DNA of 63,377 nucleotides, counting the filler, from Piptocephalis cylindrospora (lineage: Eukaryota): NCBI GenBank assembly GCA_003614145.1. It is 18 parts of 18 records of this genome, joined end to end, with 100 filler letters (N's around TTAATTAATTAA, not from the genome) between each part and the next. Parts side by side here need not be neighbours in the genome. Positions count along the whole stretch, not along the records: positions 46,003 to 49,414 come from KZ988693.1; positions 49,515 to 52,920 come from KZ988694.1; positions 53,021 to 56,417 come from KZ988695.1; positions 56,518 to 59,901 come from KZ988696.1; positions 60,002 to 63,377 come from KZ988697.1; 13 more parts are not named here. One strand, 5' to 3'. The position numbers and the translations under genes were made by a program. Positions 48,625 to 61,253 of the stretch are shown one piece after another (positions within the stretch are counted from its first letter, which is position 1; each line of letters starts with the position of its first letter). Under the pieces are notes generated by a model. The model was given only the letters and a program-made list of their open reading frames with translations. It did no database searches and was not told the DNA's origin.

Positions 48625-49895
48625 GTTCCAATTTTAAGATGTGTGAGATGCGAAAAGACTATTAGATGAGTCCTTGACTAAAATGGATGCGGACTTTGCA
48701 AGAAAGAAAAGTAAAGCGCGTCAAAGGAGACGGGCGCGGGATAAACGTTTCAGATGTAGATGGACATGGGATACTCTCGCATCCGCCCTCTTAGCAACCA
48801 TGGCTAAGATCTCCCGAGACAATATTAATCCCCTTCTCTCTCATCCAAAAATATCCTCAAATGGGTTAATTCCATCCTGGACCGCATCGGGGATCAAGAC
48901 ACATACCTATCCATGTCGAACAGCGTGGCTCTAGATAGCAAGAAATGCAATGATGAACAACGGTATGTCAAAAGATGAACTTAACAAGTCCTTTCCCTTT
49001 ATCTGACCCCTTATCCCCTTGAGGCCCCATCCAAAGGCTGACTCGTCATGCTTGCTATGACGATGGTCAATACATCTTTCTGCCACTTTCCGGAGGACGT
49101 GCTCATCCGATAAGGGTATTCCTGGTCCATCATCCCCTTTCCCTTTGTCCTGAGTCCCATCCTCTCCCTCGTACAACCATTCCCACCTCATCATCGGCTA
49201 AACCTCGGACTTATCATCCGTCCTCCTTGTAAACTAGTCAATGTCGAATTCTTATTCGCATTAAGAAGTATCTCTGGGAATCGTCAGGTACTTAGTCTGT
49301 GGCCTCGTGTCCTGCAGCTGAGGAGAATAGTCGGACCTTCAAGCATCCTCACACTCATGCCTCCATAAAGCCTTTCCTTGCCCCATTCTCCTACTCTTCG
49401 GAGTTTCCCTACCCNNNNNNNNNNNNNNNNNNNNNNNNNNNNNNNNNNNNNNNNNNNNTTAATTAATTAANNNNNNNNNNNNNNNNNNNNNNNNNNNNNN
49501 NNNNNNNNNNNNNNCTCTACCCCGGTAAACACCGTGGCCCCACCCTTGATCCCAATGACCACGATGTTGTTACCCTTTTGACGAAATTGCCTGGAGGGTC
49601 TATTTGGCGGAGCTCAGGAAGGACTTGGGGAGGTTGGGGTGGATGGGTCCTTTATCCCTCCAGCCCTGCGAAGTCCTCACTTTACCTCCTCTGTGGGTGA
49701 TGCTTGATGGGCAAATGGATGAGAATGACAATTGATTGAGGTGAGGGAAAGCGAGGTAAGATGTAGGATGGGAGAGGGTGTATGGAATAAACATTGAAAA
49801 GATCAAAGGATATGACGCTCCCATTCTTATTTGAACTAAAGAAGGAGAACAGGGAAGGACAAAAGTACTCTCCCAGACACCCATTAGACCTCGCC

Positions 49896-50402
49896 TTAGG
49901 TGCTGGCAGTGCAGCTAGGCCCAGGGCAGGACACCATTTTCCAGTAATTGTAGATGACGGAATCAATCCCGGATGAAGCATCTCCATTGTCATTGACATA
50001 GCCAATGGCCCCAGGGGACCCGTCATCATTCTTGGGCATGGCAACGTACATGTATCCGAGAGATTCCGTGCCTGGAGTAACGCCGACATACCGGGTGAAT
50101 TGGGTGTATGGGGTGGTTTCGGTGGAGGTATCAATGAGTCGGGGAGTTTTGTTCGAATCGTACCCAATGCGCAGGTTGGTCCCTTGGTACACCAGGGTCC
50201 CATCGTCATCGAGATAGATGGCACACTGGGGTTGGAAGTTTCCGGAAATGACCATGGAATTCCCCGAGCGGCAGAGATACCCGTTGTGCGGATGAGACCC
50301 GTCGGTCCGTAGGCTTTGGATGGCCATCTGAGGTTTATCCTCGGCCAGGGCCCAGTGGGCGGTGAGGAGTGGAAGAAGAGAAAGGACACAGGCCAGCTGC
50401 AT
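49896..50402 (-). CDS. Small secreted hypothetical protein (~168 aa)
   Basis: Signal peptide MQLACVLSLLPLLTAHWALA from the ATG at 50402; intronless, beta-rich, four Cys in the mature part. Confidence 0.7.
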   Translation of the reverse strand: MQLACVLSLLPLLTAHWALAEDKPQMAIQSLRTDGSHPHNGYLCRSGNSMVISGNFQPQCAIYLDDDGTLVYQGTNLRIGYDSNKTPRLIDTSTETTPYTQFTRYVGVTPGTESLGYMYVAMPKNDDGSPGAIGYVNDNGDASSGIDSVIYNYWKMVSCPGPSCTAST

Positions 50403-50881
50403 AGTTTGAGAAAGATGGGAGATGAGAAGGAAGGGACGAAGGAGGAAAGGGGAAAGATGGGAGGGAGAGGAGAGGAAAGGAGAGATGGAAAGTGAGGTCA
50501 AGTGTAGGTGAAGGAGGAGGGAAGGAGAAGGGGATATGGAGTCAAGGCAGAGTGAGAGGCGTAAGTCAGGTTGAGGAAAGGGGGGCTAAATCTGTATGAA
50601 AAGTCGGAGTATAGACGGAGTTTTAAAAGGTCGAGTGAGCTCAAGTGAGCTGATGTACAAGTGCTAGGGGGTCAATCCGAACAGTCCAAGGGTCTTTTCA
50701 GGGGAAGCGCCATTGGCAAAATTGAATGACTTTGTAGGAACGATTGCATAAACTCCTCAATGGTATACATATACACAGAGAGATGACTAACGTCCAATGG
50801 TGATTATAAATCAAGAGCCATTGAGACCGAGGAAGAAAAAGCTTTACATACCCATCCAGGTATCTTTCCAACTCAAGAAGC

Positions 50882-52633
50882 CTAATTCCGACCAAAGAAA
50901 CGAGTCATGACTCCTCGGTAACTATCGTCGATGGATTCAGGCTGGCACTGGTAAAGCCACATGAGGAAGCCCATGGCAACGGAGAAGTAGGCAACCTCTC
51001 CATGCCGAACGCCCCGGACCCATCCATCTCGCTCCCAGCACTTCCAAAGCGACTCCAAAGCGCGGGGAAGACAGTACATGGCCAACTCAAGACGTCGCCC
51101 CGGGGGGTCGATGAGAGCGCAGCATCCAGAGAGGATCCCATTGATCCGATAAGAGAAGAGATACTCGGCACCAAGGGCTCGACGCATCACACAGGGCACG
51201 ACCCAGGCTACAGTGACGTAAGTGGCGAGGAAGCAAGCAGACCTAAGACAGGATTTGATCAGTTGGATCAAGACCTTCTTGGGTGAGGTCTTGATGTGCT
51301 TCCACCGGAATACCAGAGTCATGAGGACATTCAAGGGGATGTACAGACGAAGAGATCGACCGTATGCTTTGACCCATGTCCCGGTATGAGCCTTGACACA
51401 GCTCGAGGTCCACGGATGTTCCAGAGCACATCCGATGTACTTGTGGCGCATGCCTGGAGGATAGAGACTGACAAGATTAGGGCTGATTTCTCGACCCACC
51501 ACATTAGCGGACAGTTCTCCCGGTGGGATGAGGATGTCGGAGCCGGATTGTCCCTGAATATGATATACGGCCTCCCCCAAGGTACGGAGGAGGGGAGCAG
51601 CAAAGGAGCCGTATCGGGCCTGTAACCCTCCATGGGTGACGAGGAAGCCATAATAGCTCCGGGGAAGGGAGTCTGGGGCGCAGATGTATGCAAAGAGGAT
51701 CTGGGAGCTTGCCAAGGCCATCACCGCCGTCCCTCCCCATCGTTGGAGCATCCGTGGGACATCCCAAGAATCTTCCTCGGGCTCCTTGTAGCCCCGATGG
51801 CCCGAGGTGTAGGGAGACCCCTCCCCTCCCTCCTTCATCTCACTTTCTCTCCTTCTGTTGCTATCTTCAAGAGAGGAAACGTGCCGAGGCACGATTTCGC
51901 TTTGGACACGGATGAGCCCACGTTGACGAGCATCCCGGGCTCTTTGCCACTTTCGAGTGGCATAGACACACACGTACTGTAGGGATCGGGTGGAGAGGTA
52001 GATAGCGATGGCAAGCCGACGTTCTACGTTCCCCTCCAGAGCCAGGGAGAGGCCGGCAATGGATCCGGCAAGGAAGGCGTTTGCCGGGTCATCGGGCGAG
52101 GAGTGGGGTCGAAAGTACCGGGCAAGGCACAGGAGACCCTTGTAGGACCCGATAAAGGACCCGAGAAATAGGGCAAACCCCAGGGTGTCTCGACTGCCAG
52201 CCTCGGCCAGGGTCTGCCTCAGGCTCGAGGCGGCCGAGGGATTCCGACGGGCCCGGGCCCACAGAAGAGGCAGGAGGGCCAGAAGGTACTTTGCTCCGTA
52301 CCCCACGGCAAAGGCCTTGAGAAATCCACGGGACGCATTCAATGAGCAAGATTTGCCCTCGGCTTCGTGTGGATGGGCAAAAGGGGATGTGGATGTGCGG
52401 AGGACAAAGGCAGCTTGCTGCCTCTGGGCATCCTCGGCTAGCTTCTTCAGGTGCCGGTCCCCGATATGACGAAGACGTTCGTGCAGGGCGTGAAAATGTG
52501 TGACTAGGGCCTCGGTCTCCCGGTCAGTCAGGGCCTTGGAGAGCAGCTGGGTAAGGGTCTCTAGGAAATTTTCCCAGGAGACGGCCGAGGCCAATGCGGG
52601 TATCTGGAGGGGTAAGGCGCCTTCTGCGGACAT
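50882..52633 (-). CDS. TMEM135: TMEM135/Tim17-like peroxisomal membrane protein
   Basis: SRGFLKAFAVGYG...FLGSFIGSYKGLLC...AFLAGSIAGLSL...LASSQILFAY...CALEHPWTSSC...RSACFLATYV...GRRLELAMYCLPRALES. Confidence 0.88.
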   Translation of the reverse strand: MSAEGALPLQIPALASAVSWENFLETLTQLLSKALTDRETEALVTHFHALHERLRHIGDRHLKKLAEDAQRQQAAFVLRTSTSPFAHPHEAEGKSCSLNASRGFLKAFAVGYGAKYLLALLPLLWARARRNPSAASSLRQTLAEAGSRDTLGFALFLGSFIGSYKGLLCLARYFRPHSSPDDPANAFLAGSIAGLSLALEGNVERRLAIAIYLSTRSLQYVCVYATRKWQRARDARQRGLIRVQSEIVPRHVSSLEDSNRRRESEMKEGGEGSPYTSGHRGYKEPEEDSWDVPRMLQRWGGTAVMALASSQILFAYICAPDSLPRSYYGFLVTHGGLQARYGSFAAPLLRTLGEAVYHIQGQSGSDILIPPGELSANVVGREISPNLVSLYPPGMRHKYIGCALEHPWTSSCVKAHTGTWVKAYGRSLRLYIPLNVLMTLVFRWKHIKTSPKKVLIQLIKSCLRSACFLATYVTVAWVVPCVMRRALGAEYLFSYRINGILSGCCALIDPPGRRLELAMYCLPRALESLWKCWERDGWVRGVRHGEVAYFSVAMGFLMWLYQCQPESIDDSYRGVMTRFFGRN

Positions 52634-53020
52634 GTGGAGATGGTGGGCGGAAAGAGGGGGGGGGGGGGGGGGGAGAAAAAAGAAAAGGAGCAAACAGGGG
52701 CGGGGGCGCTCCCCTGGGGGGGGGTCCTGTTTTTTACCGGGTTTTTTTTTTTTTTATTTGTGTTATTATTTGTAGTGATAATAAAAGGGAGTGGGGTAGT
52801 CACTGCAATGAGACACCACATCATTCAGCCTTCCTTTGATCGGAAGGGACACCGGTATCAAGGGAGGAGGGGGAGTTCAAGGGGGAAAGGGAGGCTAAAA
52901 CTCCGTCCCAACACCTGGCTNNNNNNNNNNNNNNNNNNNNNNNNNNNNNNNNNNNNNNNNNNNNTTAATTAATTAANNNNNNNNNNNNNNNNNNNNNNNN
53001 NNNNNNNNNNNNNNNNNNNN

Positions 53021-55344
53021 CCGGAGAAAATGATGAGAATGACCCATGGTCCATAGCCATGAACAGAGGCTTGGATGGTGCGGGCAATGGTGTGAAGGAG
53101 CCCAGAACTCTCCACAGCTTTACCCAGGGCAATACCACCTTGGGCGAGCATGATGACAGTCCAGAGGAAGTTGTTAAAATCCTCCTTGGAGAGGACTCCA
53201 GTGCCAAAAAAGGCCACGAGGGGAATGATGGCAAGAACACCCATATCCCCGACAATGGAGTGCAAGTGAGACTCCAAACACCAGAGTATCACGGTGCCCA
53301 CACTGATGAGGACCACGTAGACCTGAGTCCAGGTCACAGGATCCGCGGAGGGCCTGAGGGGATGGATGATGAGAGCCATCATCGATTCTTCCCCTTCCTC
53401 CCCCTCTTCCTCACTTTCCTCTCCCATTAGTCCATAATTCCATCGGATTAACAACCAGATGAGGAGAATGGACAACGTGCATAGGGGGATGGAAAGGAAG
53501 AACCACTGGGGCCAACTGGGTGGGGGAATCATAGTCTCAATGGCAATGACGTTCTGGGGGGAGGAAATGGGTGAAGCCATACCGCCGACATTAGAGGCCA
53601 AGGCGATGCCAAGAATGAGGGCCCTACCAAAGCTCGAGTGGGCTGGAAGGGTCCGGAGGATGGGATGGATCAGAGAGAAAGATAGGACTGGAGCAGCGAC
53701 ATTACTGATCCACATGCTGGCAAAAGCAGCAACAGCCATATTGGCCAGCAGAAGGGCGCCAGGTCGAGTACCAGCGCGGGCCAGGACCTGGACAGCTAGT
53801 GCCTTGGCCACATGGTGTTTGCTCAAGGCCGCCGCTAGAGCAAAGCCTCCAAGGAGGAGCATGATAACTGGGGAGAACATGGCGCCAAAGATGGTCCTGG
53901 CGGCGCTGGAGGCTTCAAGGATCTCCCCGGACCCAGGATCCCGCATGACCTGGAGTAAAACGACTAGAAGAGGAAGGAAAATCGAAGTAACAAAGAGAGG
54001 GATAACCTCTGTAGCCCATAAGAAGGATACGTAGACCAAGAGGGCAAAGCATCGGCTCTGTACTGGGTCTGGGAAGATGGGTGTGGAGAGGAGGAGGATA
54101 AAACCAATAGTGGCGCCCAGACCCAAGATAAAAGATCGGGAGGGGGGGAAAAGAAGACGTAGGAATTTGCCCAGACTGACCCGATCCATTTGAGTGGCGG
54201 TCGTGGCGGAAGGGGAAGGAAGGATAGAAGTGGCGTCCATGGGGGCATTGGATGTGGAGGGTCGAATGGAGACAGAGGAGGGGGGGGGTAGAGGAGGTCT
54301 TCGGGACTCCCCAACGTCCATGGAAGCAACCCTTCGTTCTTCTGCAATCATGTCTCTCCATACTGTATTTCGGCCAAAGACTACCTGCTCCCGTAGACGT
54401 TTACGGAGAAAGTTGGCATTTTCTTCTGGATCGCGAATGCCCGAGACAAAAGTGTGAATCAGCTCGACACGATCAATGGCCCTCCCCAGCCTTTCTTGCG
54501 TCTCCCGGCAAAAAGGAGGGGCGGGAAGGACAGTGGAAGAAAGGTAGGAGACTTGAGCGGTATTGCGTGTGAGCTTATCGTATTTTTTCAGGATTTTCCG
54601 GAATCCCGTAAGGTTGAGCTGGCAGTATCCCCGGAGTTCACATAAGCTGACGTACAGATCCATGGCACGGAGACGAAGGTCATGCATCTGCCGAGCTGTT
54701 GTGACCCGGGCATTACTGGACATGGGAAGTAAGGGGCCTTCCTCTTCCTCCCTCCCCCCCTCTCCTTCCGCATCGTGAAGGGAGACCTCCTGGGAGGGGA
54801 GTCGCTCCAGAGAGCTGACGGAGGTGGTAAGGCTATGCTTGGGAGATATCCTGGATCCTTCCCCTACTCCCTCCTCAATCGACAGTAGGGAGGGGTCGGC
54901 AATGTAGCCTCTTCCCACGGGGTCTCGAGATGCCATATCCGAGGAGGAGGAGCGGATATGGGTTTGGCTTGTATTTCTTAAATGCGGAGTGGATCTGGAT
55001 CGGGTTAAAGCGCCAGCTGAAGAGGGCACAGCCTGCCGGACATCTTGCTCTAATCGATCCAACTCTTCCTTGAGCTTCTTTTCCTGCACCAGGTAAAATT
55101 CGGTAATTCTCGCCAGCTCCCGGTCAAGAGCAGGGAGAAAGGCGGCGTTGGCGGCCTCTGAGGCTTCCAATAAGTTTTGGGCCTCCGGAGAGGATTGTCT
55201 ACGGGCACGGATGGCGGTAGGGGCAGTGGAAGCAAGGATACCCCGTTCAATCTGGTAGATGAGCTTTTTAAGGTTGGAGTAGGCCAGGTAGTGCTCGGAC
55301 CACTCTGGTACAGCGTTGAACTGCAGTGAGTGGGAGAACTTCAT
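53021..55344 (-). CDS. SPX-domain low-affinity phosphate transporter (Pho87/Pho90/Pho91 family), 3'-truncated
   Basis: MKFSHSLQFNAVPEWSEHYLAYSNLKKLIY, LNLTGFRKILKKYDK, WATEVIPLFVT, SMWISNVAAP, ASNVGGMASPISSPQN. Confidence 0.95.
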
Positions 55345-56365
55345 GGTGGGAAGAAGGGATGGAGGCGGGGATGAAGATAGGGATAGGGAGGGGGGAGGGA
55401 GGAGGAGCAAATAGTAGTATTAGTCCATCAGCTCAGCGCTTTATACTTGGCTCAAGGCAAATATTGGCGTTGTTACACATGGCGCCTGAGTGAGCAGATA
55501 AAATTGGTCTGTCTCTGAACGCTAGAGAACATTTAGATCCCACCATCATCATCTTGGACTGGCAGGGTTTGAAGTAAGAGGAGCACAGCAAGGGGTAGCG
55601 TGTGACAATGTAATGGCGCAGTATGGGGAGGAGGAATAGATAGGAGTTTGACGACATGGACACATCATCAAGCCCCAGAAGCTGGATGAAAGATGCCAAG
55701 GATGATTCCCCTGATGGGGATATTATTTGAAGATGTATAATCCAAGGTTTGAGGGTCATAGAAGAAGGATCAAGATCCTACTCCACCGCTGAGGATATAG
55801 GGAATACTCCAAGATCATGAAGAGTAAAGCCCAATGGCCCTGATCTTCCGATACACGTGGACGCATGTGGTCAGTAAGGATTGTGGAAAAAGAATGGTTC
55901 CATCCAGGAGGAGAGGAGGGAGGGATGATCTTGACTTGAAGGGCAGAGGAGAGGATCAAGGAGCAATGAGAAAATGGTCATCTCCATCAGTTGCGATAGT
56001 AGTGGGAAAAAGATGGTGTAAATGAAAATAACGCTCAATGAGCTGTGATCTTGTTCTGATCGATCCGAGTACCACCTGAACTATGGATGGTTGGGTATGC
56101 AAACAGTTTTCCATCAACGAATTCAATCTCAGCTTGTCATTAGCGGGCTTTTATATCGATGACGGCTTGTTAAAGGATAGGTTCGTTTACTCAATGGCAA
56201 GGATAAACAGAATAAGACAGCCTGAAGAGATATGGTACAGGGTTTGACACACATCTGCAGCTAGGTAAGCTTTAGAGATCGACTGATAAGCTGGTCCGTA
56301 GGACGGAAACGCCTGTTGCATGTGTGGGTGCAGATGGGCTTTACAAGGCGACCCCAGCTCCGCTC

Positions 56366-56417
<52 letters not shown>

Positions 56418-56537
56418 NNNNNNNNNNNNNNNNNNNNNNNNNNNNNNNNNNNNNNNNNNNNTTAATTAATTAANNNNNNNNNNNNNNNNNNNNNNNNNNN
56501 NNNNNNNNNNNNNNNNNCCCCCCCCCCCCCCCCCCAG

Positions 56538-56626
56538 ACTGTGAGGGCCCTTACGGCGGTGGGTATCGGGGCGGTTATCCCAGCTACCGTCCCCGGTATC
56601 CCGGTAGCCGCGGCTATGGATACTAG
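56538..56626 (+). CDS. Probable terminal exon of a truncated gene (Gly/Tyr/Arg-rich tail)
   Basis: After a poly-C tract and CAG acceptor: ...CEGPYGGGYRGGYPSYRPRYPGSRGYGY*. Confidence 0.4.
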
Positions 56627-57977
56627 AAAGAGATTGGATCAGGAATCCTAGGCCCTTCCTCTCCTTTTCCTTTGTACTGTAGTTGCGGTTTCCCCTGCTT
56701 TCACCCCTCCCCCCATGCATCCTTGGCTCCGCGCCGGAAACGCCCTTGGCTTGGTGTTTCGAAAGAGAATGTCATAGTGACTCCCTCTTGAAGCATAATA
56801 GAGAAAGCACCCCTTTTTCCTTCCCATTTCCTAGTGTGCTATGTCTTCTTTGTGGTTTTGTCTAGGCCGGGTGGGCATATTCTTCACCTTTGCTCATCGT
56901 ATCCGAGGTGCTAATGGCATCCATAAGGACTAAAGCGAGGTCTTTACAGCGCTAGGGCCATCTTTGGTGAAATCCTCGGTATGGAATCCATTGTCAAGCC
57001 AAGTCCTCTCAAGTATGCTTGATATATGCTAATCCCACCTTGTTCTCTTCCTCTCTCTCTAAAATACTCCTTGAAATACCACCGCTACCCATCCTTCCTC
57101 TTGAATTTCTAGTATGGATAGGGATAATTTGATTTCACTGATGTGTGGCCCTTTCATGATTAATCAACTACATTAGGAATGCTCTTCCTTCCCTGTTAAA
57201 TAGTCGTTCCCTTTCTTATATACTTTGCTTCATCTTATACCTTTATCGTCTCTTCCCATCAGACTAAATGTAGCCTCTAAAGTGCTTGGCGTTCATCTAT
57301 CCATAGGCCATTGTTAATTTTTTTGTTGTTATACGGGAAAGCACGCCTAAAAGATATGGCCATACTGTGAGGCGCATACTGTGTCAAACACGGGATGGAA
57401 GGGGCGTGGAAGCAGGGAGTATCTGGCTGGCAGAGCGGATGGTCTCACTGGCAAGCTAGCAAAAAAGCCACACTTTTTAATTTTTACTGAGCATGTTTGA
57501 CATCTGCCAAGGCTTGATGGGGGGGGAGAGAGGCTGTCTGAGCTCATTTGTATTGATTCGGCCCCATCTTTGCTGGGCATACTCCCTTAATATTTAGTGA
57601 CTTTGAATCTATGATATCTTTTGGGTATGTTTTTCCTCATAAGAAAGTACAATTTTCGATGCGTTCGCGAATGAGTCACTGTGAGCCCCGCCGCTCTCGG
57701 TACTGGCCAAAGGGTTTGTGTATGCTTGGTCAACTGAGGCTTTAAGGCCTATTCGCGTCTTGTGTACCCTATATCCACTCATTCACGAGTTTGACTTCAC
57801 TTCTTCCCCCATCCCTTACCTGCTCATTGATCTTTCCTTTTCTCCTTTGCTCTGAGACCCTGATCCCTTTTCCTCCTTTCCCTCAGTGTTTCCCTGGCTT
57901 TCTCAGTCCTCCCAACTTTCCCGTGTAGCCTCATCAGCCTAGGTCGATTTCTTCCTCTACCCTGCCCCGGATCTCTT

Positions 57978-59901
57978 ATGCCCCTTCCCTCGGCCAACTC
58001 TACTGAAAAAAGTGCGCCTTTGGGATCTGGAGGCTTAGGCCGAGAGAAGCACAGCGATTCTGGCAGTCACCCCAAATCTCACTCCTCCACGCCATCGACG
58101 CCAGACGTCGAGAGGGCTCGTTTGTCAGGCCATGGGCCACCAGGTAAGTGTCTATTTCTTATTCATTTGGTCTTCTTTTCCTACTTCTTGGGGGATTTGA
58201 TTGTGTCTCCTCACTCCATGCCCCTTCCCTCTGCTTGTATTAGCTTCCTCACCTCAAGACAATACATTATCGAGCCCCGGTAAATCCACAAGGAGTCTCG
58301 CTCAGTCATCCTCCGGCTCTTCGACGGATAATGTTGTTGACCTAACGCAGAGCGCCTTATCTCATGGACTATACAGTACAAAACGACATGCCAAAACTCC
58401 ACTTCCCCCGGTGAATCGTGATCCCGGAGCAGCACCAAGCTCCACACCTTCCAAAAGACCCAACATTCGCTCTTGGCTTAAGGACCGCGCCGCGAAAGCC
58501 CATGCAGAGGGAGAAGGAGAGGAAGTAGGAGCCCGTCTAAAATCCCTTGGGTCTTTTGCTGCCTCTACCACTTTCACCTCCTCCTCTCCTTCCTCCATCT
58601 TCCCTCACAGTTTCTCCTCTTCCACCAGGCTAACTTCTCCGATCCTCCTTGGCCTTTCGTGCACTGCCCTCTGCCCGTCGATCTACCTTACCATTTCGTT
58701 CATCAGACTCAACATCATTTCCCTTCTTATTCTTCTTCCTCTTTTCTCTTCCCTTCCTCCCGTCCGCCCGGCCATCCTTTTTAGGGTCAAGGGAGGATGC
58801 TCTGGGCTCCTCGTCCGTCCTACGTCGGCCTGATGATCCAGTAGCAGGATTTGAACCACCCTTAGTTACAGGTGACTCTCCTTTACTTCCTTGGCCTTTA
58901 GAAATGATGCTTGAGGAAACACCAGGAGGAAGAGTGGAGGAAGAGGATGGATTCAAACGTCGGTGTTCTGTTGAGGAGGTAGGTCCAGAAGATGTGGTGG
59001 TGGACGGTTTTATCGTTGAGGGCGCACGAGAATGACCGTTGGATGTCGAAGAGGGTCGTGCCGAGGTGGATATAGAATCGCTGGGAAAAGTAGAAAGCTT
59101 TGCGTCTAGTGGGACAGGGAGTGCTGGAGATACGGTGGATCTAGAGGGATTGGGCTTTGCAGTGGATGCAGACGATGATGTATCTATAGAATCCTTGGAA
59201 CCTCTTGACATATTTGAAGAGGGAAAAGATGTTTTCGATAAAGGCGACCCAGTTTCCGTAGAGCGTTGATCATATGTAGACGGGCCAGGGCTAGGGACAG
59301 TCTGACTTGACTTGGACGTGGTAGGAATAGCGGCTGTACCATTAGAGCCTTGTCCAAGGACAGACGTGGCAGAGGCGGTAGAAGTAGCCTTTTCCATTAA
59401 TCCTTTATCCTCCGGACCGGACTCCTTTTTCCTCATAGATTCCTGCCTCGTCTCCTTCTCACCCGAGGGTATCTTCATGGTCTTTTGAAGACCCTTGCTC
59501 GTTTGAGGAGAAGAAGAGGATCTGGCAGTTTCAATCTTTGCTTCAGAATCTAGCCAATAAAGCGCTCATAGGAAAAGAGGCGAATAGATAAGTAGGGAGG
59601 CGGGTATAAAGGGAAAAAGGGAACAAAAAACACTAAATTCCTGCAGACATGTACGATACTGACAAGCCTTCAGATACCGCTTTAATCAATAACACGATTC
59701 TACTTACCTTCCAAGGGCATAAAGTCTTCTACAGGGAAAGCACTGGTCTCAGGAGACCATAAAGCCTCAGGGGAAGTAGGAGGAAGGGAGGATATTGGGG
59801 GGGGAGGAGGAGAAGCTAGCCTGGTGGAAGAGGAGAAACTGTGAGGGAAGTGAGGCAAAGGACAACACAGATCTCGTCCTTTATTCCCAGGAAGAGGAAT
59901 A
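57978..59901 (+). CDS. Ser/Pro-rich hypothetical protein whose central block (~58633-59850) is inverted in this assembly
   Basis: Plus-strand exons 57978-58143 and 58244-58632 continue in frame on the minus strand from ~59816, with a GT-AG intron at 59707-59550, and rejoin the plus strand at ~59851 in frame. Confidence 0.6.
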
Positions 59902-61253
59902 NNNNNNNNNNNNNNNNNNNNNNNNNNNNNNNNNNNNNNNNNNNNTTAATTAATTAANNNNNNNNNNNNNNNNNNNNNNNNNNNNNNNNNNNNNNNNNNN
60001 NGAAGCGTGGCTGCTGAGTATGTAGTTCTATGTTTCATTCCCAGTGAGAACAAGAGGCCATAAGGAAAAGACAAGGGATGTGAGCGTATGGAAGGAGGTG
60101 AGATTGAATATTGTTGCTTGTCAAAGTAGAACGGATGAGTAGGTCACTTACCTCAAGAAGCAATCTGCGGGGATATACGGAGGTCAAGAGGAGAGGCCAC
60201 TGCAAGATGAGCTTATTCTGATCCTTTCTACCCCATTCAGTCCTTTACCGCCATGAAATTCCATGGCTAGTTTATGACGGACCCGTCACCTTTTCTATGC
60301 ATCTTTACCTCCATGAATCACATGTGACATGGACATAGAATGACACAATACTTGTATATGACTCGGTATAAAGCCTATTATCCTTCTTACAATAGCGAGT
60401 TATATTTCCTACAACGATACAATTCATGGTAATGAATTACCTAACATAGAATCGTACCGGTATATTTGTATGGGAGAATGTGAACCTCTCGCTTTATAAC
60501 CTTTCAAGATCATTAGGATTTGAAATTAATATACTGGTTATTGTATTCGGATATCCATTTAGCCTACCCCACCAAAGGAATACATAAGAGTCTTATTGTC
60601 GTCCCTTTAAGCCGTCTCAAGTTTGATGAAAACCATATTTATTTTATCTCTTAATTGGGTCAGAGAATTGATGCAGATCGTGTCAAGGTCATCCGAGACA
60701 ATACCCAGGTCAGATTCAAAGTGTAAATTATGGATATTGATGAGGACTAAGAAGAGAATGGCTAGTGAAAAACGAAAGGGAGAGAGATGAGATGAGGAAA
60801 GTCAAAGGGGCAAGACAGAAGAGACCGGAAGAACAGCTAAATATTAGGAAAGCAGTGATGGAATCCTGGGGGCTTTTAAAAATCCACTGGGGTTGAATTG
60901 TGGAAAATTTTAAGAAAAGGGATGAGTTCTGACTTTCCTCAATGCTCCTTTTGCTGTGTTTATGACGATGAGGCGCCAGTACTACTCCGTCCCACGAGGA
61001 AGGTCATGCGGTCAACAGGGCACTACTACGCGCCGGAGACATCCTGATGCCGGGGACAACATGAAAGCATTCCTTTATTTCCATTCTCCAACACAGCGCC
61101 AGCTGACACTGTTTAAAACTCAACAGGGTTTGCCTGCATCACACCATCCTAACTCTCTCATCCTCTCATCCTCTCATCCTTCAGCACTCATCTACCAGTA
61201 ACAGCAATAACCACAGCGATATTATCGCCACTACTAGTCTCATCTCCTCCCTC

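Noticed and set aside
48931..49414. 87-aa minus-strand ORF at the end of the ADAM contig
   Set aside because: No recognisable motif, and upstream frames are closed by stops; I cannot support it as a gene.
49570..49586. ttaccc-ttttgacgaa resembling the reverse complement of the retro-fragment core
   Set aside because: Only about 16 nt with an indel, no flanking homology and no TSD.
56283..56352. Hammerhead-ribozyme-like string ctgataagctg-gtccgtaggac-ggaaac-gcct...aggcg
   Set aside because: The core deviates at several invariant positions: CUGAUAA instead of CUGANGA, extra bases before and after stem II, and no U-H cleavage site after stem III.
3535..59957. Regularly spaced TTAATTAATTAA as a CRISPR-like or biological repeat
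   Set aside because: It is always embedded in 44 N on each side with ~3.4-kb spacing; this is a six-frame-stop scaffold linker.
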